DNA of 64,000 bases from contig CAWDXG010000004.1 of the NCBI GenBank assembly GCA_963806225.1, forward strand, positions 3,264,001 through 3,328,000, given 5' to 3'. The notes under the pieces were generated by a model that saw nothing but the letters and a program-made list of their open reading frames with translations, was not told where the DNA came from and did no database searches. The position numbers and the translations under genes are program-made. This document shows, in pieces, positions 8,767 through 16,420 of the stretch (positions are counted from its first letter, which is position 1; every line of letters starts with the position of its first letter). The DNA comes from an uncultured delta proteobacterium (GTDB taxonomy: Bacteria; Myxococcota_A; Polyangia; Polyangiales; Polyangiaceae).

Positions 8767-10344
8767 CTAGTCGTCCTCTTCCGGCCACGTTCCGCGGAAG
8801 TCGTAGCGACCGGGGGCGAGGATGTCGTCGGGGTCGAGGGCGCGTTTGATACGGTGGAGCAGCGCGCCGTGATCATCCGTCGGCGCGGGGAGCGCGTGCA
8901 TCGACTGGATGCCGAGGCGGTACGGCAGGTAGCCCTGGTCGACCAGCTCGGCGAGCAGGGCGTCGTGGGCCTGCATGGCGCGCTCGTCTTCGCCTTCGAT
9001 GTCGCGGTCGTAGATGATGAGCGGCACGAGGTAGATGCTGCGTTCGGTCTGCGCGACCATGGCCGTGAGCGGTTCGAAGCCGTGGGCGGGGAGTACGCGC
9101 TCGACGATACGCGCGGCCGCCGCCGCGTCCACGCCGCGGAAAGGCAGCGTGGGGCACGCCCAGAGCACGCCACAGCGATCGCGTTCGGGGTCGGGGTGCT
9201 CCGGCGGGGGCATGCGCTTGCGCCAGTAGACGCTCTTCAGGCTCTCCTCGTGGGGAATGCCCTGCAGGAACATGAACGCGGGGTCGTCTTCGATGAACAG
9301 CTCGTGGCCGCTCGTCGGCTCGCCGTGGCGCTCGTCGACGGAGAGGTGATCGACGAGCGGGGCAAGCGCGCGTTCCACGTGCGCGCGATGCGCCCGGCCC
9401 TGTTCGGCGCTGGCGGCATAGATCGCCGTCGTACCGAACCAGCTTGCGCCGCCCCATTCGTGGCGGATCGAGTCGAGCACGGCGCGCGGGAGCGGCGACT
9501 TTCCGCCGGTCAAGTGCCAAGGATACTGCCCGCGGGTGGACAGCACGCGGTAGTCGTTCCAGAGCCCGATCGAGGAGCGCAGCGTACCGTCCTGGCGCAG
9601 GCCGCGCAGCGCATCCACGAGCCGTGGCAGGCGCGACGGCTCGACAACGCTGAAGCGCACCGCGGAGAGTGATCGTGGCAGCGGCGTAAGCCAGAGCGTC
9701 ATCTGCGTGACGACGCCTAGATTCGACTGGCTGAACAGGCCGTCGAGCGCGGGGCCGACGCCCCAGCGGTGCAGAGGCGCGAGCGGCGCGGCGTCGAAGC
9801 GCCCGAAACCGGTGTGCACGCATTCGCCGGTCGGCAGTGCGACCTCGAGCGCGCAGACATGCTGGAAACGGTCGCCATACGGTCCCGTGCCGTCGCCGCG
9901 CTCGAGCGCGTTGCCGACCACGCTGGCGTCCGGGCTCGCGCCGGTGCTGTTGGCGAACAGCCGCGACCCCCGTTCACGTAGGAATTCGTAGAGTTGCCCG
10001 AAGCTCACGCCTGGCTCGACGGTGACCCAGGCCATCTCCTCGTCGAAGCCGACAATGCGGTCCATGCGCCCGAGATCGAGCAGCACCGCACCATCGCGCG
10101 GCGGCACGCGCGAGCCGAGGCCCCAGTTCTTCCCGCGACTGGTGGGATAGACTGGCACCCGCTCGCGGCGCGCGATGCGCAGGCAGGCCTGCACTTCGTG
10201 GCGATCCGCTGGGCGCACGACCGCGACGACGCCCTGCGTCGTTGCGAACGTCGCGGTGGCGGCGCGCTCCAGCGTCTGCTTGTCGACGAGGACATGCGCC
10301 GGTCCAACCGCTTGCCCAAAATGGCTATGGAGAGAACCGGACAT
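8767..10344 (-). CDS. FAD-binding oxidoreductase, VAO/PCMH family (4-cresol dehydrogenase flavoprotein-like)
   Basis: PTSRGKNWGLGS, VEPGV, GNALERG, QSNLGVVT and C-terminal KRALDPDDILAPGRY. Confidence 0.85.
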   Translation of the reverse strand: MSGSLHSHFGQAVGPAHVLVDKQTLERAATATFATTQGVVAVVRPADRHEVQACLRIARRERVPVYPTSRGKNWGLGSRVPPRDGAVLLDLGRMDRIVGFDEEMAWVTVEPGVSFGQLYEFLRERGSRLFANSTGASPDASVVGNALERGDGTGPYGDRFQHVCALEVALPTGECVHTGFGRFDAAPLAPLHRWGVGPALDGLFSQSNLGVVTQMTLWLTPLPRSLSAVRFSVVEPSRLPRLVDALRGLRQDGTLRSSIGLWNDYRVLSTRGQYPWHLTGGKSPLPRAVLDSIRHEWGGASWFGTTAIYAASAEQGRAHRAHVERALAPLVDHLSVDERHGEPTSGHELFIEDDPAFMFLQGIPHEESLKSVYWRKRMPPPEHPDPERDRCGVLWACPTLPFRGVDAAAAARIVERVLPAHGFEPLTAMVAQTERSIYLVPLIIYDRDIEGEDERAMQAHDALLAELVDQGYLPYRLGIQSMHALPAPTDDHGALLHRIKRALDPDDILAPGRYDFRGTWPEEDD

Positions 10345-10389
10345 CGGCCCGACCGCAGTGTAGACGAGCCCCGCGCCGTCCGCCCGCCG

Positions 10390-10731
10390 TCAGCGACGCC
10401 GCCGCGGGATCGCCCGCAGAATCTGCAGCACAGCCGCCTGCACGTCGGGCGGTGCCCCGTCGAACAGCTTCGCGGCTTCCAGCCCAGCCGAGCTCAGCTC
10501 CGCCACGCCACCGAGAAGCTCGGCCGGAGAGATCGATAGACCTTTCGCCAGCGCCAGCACCGTGCTGAGCGAGGGATCCCGGCGACCATTCTCGACCGTC
10601 CCGATGTAGTTCGGAGTGAGAGCAGACTTCTCCGCGAGCTGCTCGAGCGTGAGCCCGAGAGCCTTGCGTCGTCTGCGGACCTCTCGACCGAAGCTCAGAG
10701 CCGTGAGATTTCGTCTGCTTCGGCGGGGCAT
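10390..10731 (-). CDS. XRE-family HTH transcriptional regulator
   Basis: FGREVRRRRKALGLTLEQLAEKS...YIGTVENGRRDPSLSTV. Confidence 0.9.
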   Translation of the reverse strand: MPRRSRRNLTALSFGREVRRRRKALGLTLEQLAEKSALTPNYIGTVENGRRDPSLSTVLALAKGLSISPAELLGGVAELSSAGLEAAKLFDGAPPDVQAAVLQILRAIPRRRR

Positions 10732-10740
10732 GAACCACTG

Positions 10741-10763
10741 ATCGTGTTGTCTTCCAATACGAT
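10741..10763. promoter_or_regulatory. Imperfect palindrome, candidate XRE operator
   Basis: ATCGTGTTG-N5-CAATACGAT (8/9 match), 10 bp upstream of the XRE start. Confidence 0.5.
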
Positions 10764-10898
10764 TGTGCTAGCCCTGGCGTCAATCCCGGCGTTTTCCCGG
10801 GGATTCCCGTCGAACTTCGGCACATCTTTCCATGCGGTTCACACCCCCGGCCCGGCGCCCCGTCCCGGGGCCTGCACCCAGATTTTTCCCCCACAGCG

Positions 10899-11258
10899 AT
10901 GAGCGCGCCAGCCCACCTTCTGGTGGTCGAGGACGACCCCGCGGTGTCCCGCAGCGTCGCCCGCGCGCTGCGCGGCGCAGGCTACGAAGTCACGGCCGCG
11001 ACCTCCCTGGCCGAAGCGCGGCTCGACGGGAGGAGCTTCGATGTCGCCGTGCTCGACATCGAGATCGGCGACGGCAGCGGGCTCGAGCTGGCGCGAGCGC
11101 TGTTCGCTTCGGAGCAGGTCGGCTCGGTCGTGTTCCACAGTGCAACGCTGGAGCCCGCCGTGCAGAAGCGCGCTCGCGAGCTTGGCGTACTGGTCCAGAA
11201 GTCCGGCGACATGACGAGGCTGCTGGAGGCCATTGCCCGCGCGATCGCAGCGGGTTGA
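10899..11258 (+). CDS. Single-domain response regulator (receiver)
   Basis: LLVVEDD, DVAVLDIEIGDGSG, FHSA, QK. Confidence 0.85.
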   Translation: MSAPAHLLVVEDDPAVSRSVARALRGAGYEVTAATSLAEARLDGRSFDVAVLDIEIGDGSGLELARALFASEQVGSVVFHSATLEPAVQKRARELGVLVQKSGDMTRLLEAIARAIAAG

Positions 11259-12150
11259 GTCCGTCAGGGGGGGCGACCGTGGCGATCCCGGCGGTGCCGT
11301 GCACGTCGACGTAGTCGGCGCGCAGACCAGGACAGCTCTGTTCGTAGCGGCATCCCGAGCACTCGCGCGGCTTGACTCCGCCGGTGAGCCGCGAGTCGGT
11401 CAGGTCGAAGCAGTCATCCGGCGTGACCACGCGTACGCCGTCGGCGCCGGGGTGGCGGACGTGGTCCTCGTAGCCGGGCAGCACGCACCGCGGCACGTGC
11501 AGGCTGCTCACCTCGTAGCCGCCGCTCCGTGCCTGATCGAAGGCGCGGCAGAGCGCCGGCGCGAGGTCGGCGAACGCGGGCAGCTGCTCGACGTGCCCCG
11601 CGTTCTGGTCCGTGAGGGACACCAGCCACAGGTTGAAACGGCGCACGCCCTGATCGACCAGGCTCTCGATCCACTCGCAGAGCTCTGGGTACGTGTCGTT
11701 CTTCAGGATCAGGTCGGCGACGGGATCGAGCTCACGCTCGACCAGATTGGCGATCGCCTGGCGGCGCAGGCGCGCGCTGTCGTCCAGGTGCACGGTGCGC
11801 TCGTACGCCGCGTCGTCGAAGGCGTGCATCGACATGTTGAAGACGTTCACGCCGCACTCGGTCAGATGGTCCAGGTAGGGCGCGTGCGCATAGCGGAGGC
11901 CGTTCGAGGCCACCTTGATCTCGTCGAAGCCGCGCTGGCGCGCGAAGCGGACCAGCTTCGGCAGCGCCGGAAAGATCGTCGGCTCGCCGCCCGTGAACGC
12001 GACGCGGCGCCAGCCGCGCGCCGCCGCCTGCTCGATCTCGCGCGCGACGACCTGCGGGTCGAGGGCGCGCTCGCGCATCGGATCGGTGATGGTGCAGTAG
12101 CTGCACTTCAGGTTGCAGTCGTAGCCGAGGACGACGTCGAGCAGCGGCAC
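10990..12150 (-). CDS. Radical SAM protein with C-terminal CxxC-x5-C motif (HxsC4-like); true 3' end probably near 11264
   Basis: YDCNLKCSYC, FTGGEPT, ASNG, CSGCRYEQSCPG; the tail past the G7 tract at 11267-11273 overlaps the response regulator. Confidence 0.82.
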   Translation of the reverse strand: MPLLDVVLGYDCNLKCSYCTITDPMRERALDPQVVAREIEQAAARGWRRVAFTGGEPTIFPALPKLVRFARQRGFDEIKVASNGLRYAHAPYLDHLTECGVNVFNMSMHAFDDAAYERTVHLDDSARLRRQAIANLVERELDPVADLILKNDTYPELCEWIESLVDQGVRRFNLWLVSLTDQNAGHVEQLPAFADLAPALCRAFDQARSGGYEVSSLHVPRCVLPGYEDHVRHPGADGVRVVTPDDCFDLTDSRLTGGVKPRECSGCRYEQSCPGLRADYVDVHGTAGIATVAPPDGLNPLRSRGQWPPAASSCRRTSGPVRQARERASARRAPALHCGTRPSRPAPKRTALAPARARCRRRSRCRARRHRSSSRRAALRPGRSRP

Positions 12151-12236
12151 GGCCGCTAGCGTGTCACGTCGGCGGCGGCTCTGCAGGGAGCGGCGATTTT
12201 CCGCAACCTGCCATCGAACCGGCCGAACGGGGGGGC

Positions 12237-12899
12237 GTGGGTATCGATCGAGTTTCCAGCGGCGGTGCTCCGCGCGCCGCCGAACGCCCTCGCAGCGTGC
12301 AGCCGCGGTCCACGGGCGCGTCGTTCCGGTCGCACCTCGGCCGGCGCACCCCGCTCTCGCCGCGCGACGCCGCAGCCGAGCTCGCCGGGGCCTGGCAGGA
12401 CGTGCTCGGCGAGCCGGCTCCGGCGGGCGGCGTGGCCGTGCTCTGGGCGCAGTGGGCGCTCGAGACGGGGCGCGGCGCGTCGATGGTCGGCCACAATTTC
12501 GGCGGGCTGAAGGGCCATGCGCCGGACGGCGGCAGCACCGTGCAGTGGACGCACGAGGGCCACGGCGTCGGGCGGCGGCGCATCCGCGATCGCTTCCGTG
12601 CCTACGACTCGGCCCGGGCGGGTGCCCGCGACTACGTGCGGACCCTCGCCCAGCGCTATCCGGACGCGCTGGCCCAGGCCCGGCAGGGCAACGCCGCCGG
12701 ATTCGTCGACGCGCTCGCCCGCCGGCACTACTTCACGGCCGATCCGGCCGTGTACCGTCACGCCGTACAGGGCCTCGCGCACCAGTACCGGACCCAGGGG
12801 CCGGACGCCGCACAGCCGCTCACGGTCGACGATCCCGGACCCTGGGCCAGCGGCGTGATCGAGGAGCTGCAGCGCGCCACGGCGCGGCATCGGGGGTAG
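12237..12899 (+). CDS. GH73 glucosaminidase-domain protein (FlgJ-like)
   Basis: AQWALETG, HNFGGLK, FRAYDS, YFTADP..Y motifs. Confidence 0.8.
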   Translation: MGIDRVSSGGAPRAAERPRSVQPRSTGASFRSHLGRRTPLSPRDAAAELAGAWQDVLGEPAPAGGVAVLWAQWALETGRGASMVGHNFGGLKGHAPDGGSTVQWTHEGHGVGRRRIRDRFRAYDSARAGARDYVRTLAQRYPDALAQARQGNAAGFVDALARRHYFTADPAVYRHAVQGLAHQYRTQGPDAAQPLTVDDPGPWASGVIEELQRATARHRG

Positions 12900-13056
12900 C
12901 GCCACGGCGCGGCATCGGGGGTAGCGCGCGGTGCGGCATCGGGGGTAGCGCGCGGTGCGGCGGGGGTTGCGCACGGTGGGGGTTGCGGCGCGGTGCGGCA
13001 TCGGGGGTAGCGCGCGGTGCGGTGGGGGTTGCGGCGCGGTGGGGGTTGCGGCGCGC
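12876..13056. repeat. Degenerate 16-25 bp tandem repeat with eight GGGGG tracts
   Basis: Exact 25-bp duplication 12876-12900/12901-12925, then GCGCGGTGCGG(CAT)CGGGGGT(A/T)GC variants. Confidence 0.85.
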
Positions 13057-13205
13057 GTTTTCGCCTCCAAGCCCGGGCTTGGCGCCCTTTTCACGCGCCG
13101 CGCGCGCGTTTTCGCCTCCAAGCTCCGCTTGGCGCCCTTTTCACGCGCCTCGCGCGCGTTTTCGCCTCCAAGCCCGGGCTTGGCCGCCTCTTCACGCGCC
13201 GCGCG
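13057..13205. repeat. Second array (3 units) of the 51/50-bp CCAAGC/GCTTGG hairpin repeat
   Basis: Units at 13057, 13108, 13158; same consensus and orientation as the 8241 array. Confidence 0.9.
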
Positions 13206-13449
13206 CGCGGCGGCGCGGTTTGGCGGTGCCGCGCTGCCCACGGCGCGCTTCGCCCTTCGGCGCTGTTCGGCGTGAGATGGTTTGCGTCCCGCCCGCCCAC
13301 TCCCGCCAGACTCCTCCGGGGGGGCTCCGCCCCCTCGAGCACGCCTCACGCGATTCGCTTCGCTCATCGCGGGCTTGCATCGCTCTGCCGGGGCTCGCTT
13401 TGCTCGCCGAAAACTGGGCCAAATCGCTTCGCGCATGCCACCGCGGGGT

Positions 13450-14814
13450 ATGCCTACGAAGCGATCTGGAACGGCAAGAAGGGGACGGCGCGTCGGGCCG
13501 GCAGCCGCGGCGGTGTTGGCTGGCACGCTGGTGATGATCGGCTGCAACGGGGCCAAGGACGGGCCCTCGCTCTCCAAGGCCACCGGCACTGCCATCCCCG
13601 ATGTTCCCGAACCGCCCGCCGATGGACCCCAGCTCGGGTCCATCGCCAACCTGACTCCGGTCCGCTCGCGACCCGCCAAGGATGCCAAGGAGATCGGCTA
13701 CCTGCATGCCGGGGCGAAGGTGGCGCGCGCGGAGAAGGCCTACAGCAAGGACGGCTGCCCGGGCGGCTGGTACCCGATCCGGCCGCGTGGCTTCGTGTGC
13801 GTCGGCAGCACGGCCACCATCGACATGAACCACCCGACGCTGGCCGCCATGGCTCTCGGCCCCAAGCTCGACCAGCCACTGCCGTACACCTACGCGAGCA
13901 CGCGCAAGGACACGCCGCTGTACGAGCGCGACCCGAAGAAGAAGGAAGCGGTCAAGAAGATCGGCATGCTGCCCGAAGGCAGCGGGCTAGCCATCATCGG
14001 TTCCTGGTCCGGCATCGACCCGAAGGGCCGGCAGGACCGCCTCGGCATGACGACCGACGGACACTTCGTGCGCGCGGCGGACCTGCGCGCCGCCGAGCCT
14101 TCCAGCTTCCACGGCGTGGATCTCGGCGCGACCGGCGCGGCGAAGGACCTGCCGATCGGCTTCATCGTCAAGCGCGGAGTGCGAGCCTGGAAGGTCGACA
14201 AGGGCGACTCGGACAAGCTCGGCCGACTCGACTACCACGACATGCTGCCGCTCACCGGGCGCTTCCGCACCCTCGGGCCAGTCAAGTACTGGGCGATGAG
14301 CGACGGCCGCTACGTGCGCCACCGTGACGTGACGGTGATCCGCCGCCGCAACATCTGGCCCGACTTCGCGACCGGCAAGCAGAAGTGGATCGACGTGAGC
14401 ATCATCACCGGCACGCTGGTGCTCTACCAAGGGCACAAGGCCGTGTTCGCGACACTGGTCAGCGTGGGGCGTGACCGCCTCGGCGATCCGAAGACCAGCG
14501 ACTCCACCGCGCAGGGCGATTTCGACGTGCTGGGCAAGCACATCACCGCGGTGGGGCTCGATCCGAAGAGCCTGGGCGAGCACGGGCAGATCTTCGACGC
14601 GCCGTGGGCCATCGAGCTGTCGTCGGGACAGATGATGCTCGGTGCCTTCTGGCACGATCGTTTCGGTATCGAGCACGGCCCGGGCGCGATCGAGATGTCC
14701 CCCGCCGACGCGCAGAAGGTCTGGCAGTGGGTCGACCCACAGGTGCCCGAAGGCTGGCACGGCGTCACGCAGCCCGACGCGGGCAAACACGTGGTCGTGC
14801 ACATCCGCAAGTAG
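13450..14814 (+). CDS. L,D-transpeptidase (YkuD)-family lipoprotein lacking the catalytic His/Cys
   Basis: Lipobox MIGC; WIDVSI...ATLVSVG; MLGAFWHDRFGIEHGPGAIEMSPADA in place of LHGAYWH...SHGC. Start could be 13435. Confidence 0.75.
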   Translation: MPTKRSGTARRGRRVGPAAAAVLAGTLVMIGCNGAKDGPSLSKATGTAIPDVPEPPADGPQLGSIANLTPVRSRPAKDAKEIGYLHAGAKVARAEKAYSKDGCPGGWYPIRPRGFVCVGSTATIDMNHPTLAAMALGPKLDQPLPYTYASTRKDTPLYERDPKKKEAVKKIGMLPEGSGLAIIGSWSGIDPKGRQDRLGMTTDGHFVRAADLRAAEPSSFHGVDLGATGAAKDLPIGFIVKRGVRAWKVDKGDSDKLGRLDYHDMLPLTGRFRTLGPVKYWAMSDGRYVRHRDVTVIRRRNIWPDFATGKQKWIDVSIITGTLVLYQGHKAVFATLVSVGRDRLGDPKTSDSTAQGDFDVLGKHITAVGLDPKSLGEHGQIFDAPWAIELSSGQMMLGAFWHDRFGIEHGPGAIEMSPADAQKVWQWVDPQVPEGWHGVTQPDAGKHVVVHIRK

Positions 14815-14840
14815 CGGGGCTGCTCCCCTCGCGGCGCGCG

Positions 14841-15449
14841 CTACACCCTCACGAACAGGCAGTACACGAACTGTTGTGTCTTGCCCGCGGGCGTGATGTG
14901 GCCCTCGCGGCGCGTGTCGGCGAGGGAGAAGCCTGGGCCGAGCTCGCGCAGGAGCGTCAGCGGATCGTAGCGGACCACGGGCAGACCGCTGCACGTGGTG
15001 GGGCCGTCGAGCGCGAAGGTGGCGATGATGACGTTGCCGCCCGGAGCCAGAGCGCCCCGGAGCGCGCGCACGTAGGCGGCACGGTCCTCGGATTCCTTCA
15101 GGAAATGGAAGACCGCGCGGTCGTGCCAGAGCTCGAACGGACCCGGGAGCTCGAGCTTCGTGATGTCGCCCTCGACATAGGTCACAGGCGCGTCGCCCAG
15201 ACGGCTCCGCGCTTCGTCGAGCGCCGTCGGCGCGATGTCGAGCAGGGTCAGGTGCTTGAAGCCGCGCGAGACAAGCTCGTCGACGAGGCGCGAGGTACCG
15301 CCGCCCACGTCGATGACGCGGGCCGACGGCCCGATACCCGCCGCGTCGATCAACGACAGCGATGTGGCCGGCCTGGGCGCAAACCAGCTGCGTTTGCCGG
15401 GAGCCTTGGTCCGGTGCACCTCTTCCCAGTGCGTCTTCCGATCCACCAC
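14841..15449 (-). CDS. Class I SAM-dependent methyltransferase
   Basis: VIDVGGG, LWHDRAVFHFL, GPTTCSGL. Confidence 0.88.
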   Translation of the reverse strand: MVDRKTHWEEVHRTKAPGKRSWFAPRPATSLSLIDAAGIGPSARVIDVGGGTSRLVDELVSRGFKHLTLLDIAPTALDEARSRLGDAPVTYVEGDITKLELPGPFELWHDRAVFHFLKESEDRAAYVRALRGALAPGGNVIIATFALDGPTTCSGLPVVRYDPLTLLRELGPGFSLADTRREGHITPAGKTQQFVYCLFVRV

Positions 15450-15523
15450 GCCGCTACGGTAACGCCGCGCCGCCGTCTGACAACGGCAGTGCAGGCGAAA
15501 TTGCAGGGGTCAAGCGACGGGAA

Positions 15524-16240
15524 TCAGAACAGCCCGAGCATGCTGACGCCGTAGCCGCGGTCACCCACTGGCGAGGGTGCCACGGCCACGGTCATGCCGG
15601 GCGCACTCTTCCTGACCAGCACGGTGTCGCTGTGCACACCGAATGCGAGCAGCACGGCGCCCGTGGCCTGCAGTACGCCGTCGAAAACGAGCATGGCGCG
15701 GGCCAGCGGCTCCGCGACGCACTGGCCGACCTTGGAATTGAAGCTCTTCTCCTTGTCGACGCCGTCACACGGATTCGATCGCTTGGCGAGGGCAGCCCAC
15801 GGGCCCACCACGGGCGCCGCGAGCCAACCGCTGCTGTTCGCGAAGCCGCTGCCCGCCGCGATACCGAGCCCGGTCGCCCAGGGCAGACCGAGCGTGATGC
15901 CGCCGAGCGCGAGCAGCAGAGTGCGCGGGTGCTTCTCGCGCACGAAGCCGGGCGGCGTGCGGTCCTCGGCAGGGGGCGCGCCCAGCTTGTAGCTTGGCGC
16001 CGGGGGTGACCAGGGCCGGGCTGCGTAGGTGCCGAGATGGATCGCCGCCGGTGCCGCGGGTGCGGAAACCGGCGTCCAGGTGGGTGTGGGTGCCAGAGGC
16101 CGCGCAGGCGCAACAGGTTGGCTCTGTGCGCGCTCTGCTTTCGAACCCACATCCGGAAACGCCGCCGCTGACTGCGCCCGCGCGATGCGCGACGCCCCCA
16201 GTGCGGCCATCAACATCGAAGTGACGACGAACGAGCGCAT
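15524..16240 (-). CDS. Exported Pro-rich hypothetical membrane protein
   Basis: Signal peptide ...ARAQ, Pro-rich linker, PVVGPW and DGVLQATG hydrophobic segments, C-terminal F. Confidence 0.6.
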   Translation of the reverse strand: MRSFVVTSMLMAALGASRIARAQSAAAFPDVGSKAERAQSQPVAPARPLAPTPTWTPVSAPAAPAAIHLGTYAARPWSPPAPSYKLGAPPAEDRTPPGFVREKHPRTLLLALGGITLGLPWATGLGIAAGSGFANSSGWLAAPVVGPWAALAKRSNPCDGVDKEKSFNSKVGQCVAEPLARAMLVFDGVLQATGAVLLAFGVHSDTVLVRKSAPGMTVAVAPSPVGDRGYGVSMLGLF

Positions 16241-16420
16241 TCTGCGCTCTGCACGCACGTTCCATGCCGGCACGCTCGCGCGCGGATTGTCGCGCTATGG
16301 GGGCAGCGAAACTGGCGCAACCCCTGACGCGATCGCCAGGCTTGTGCCAGTTGGCACAGCGAGCTTGTCCGCGCGCAACGCGGTTGGCGCCGCAGCTCAG
16401 GTGGGACGTGTTCGAGGGAT

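Noticed and set aside
8115..8849. ORFs across the repeat array (and 12955-13342)
   Set aside because: Translations of a non-triplet (101-bp) repeat; no RBS or coding bias.
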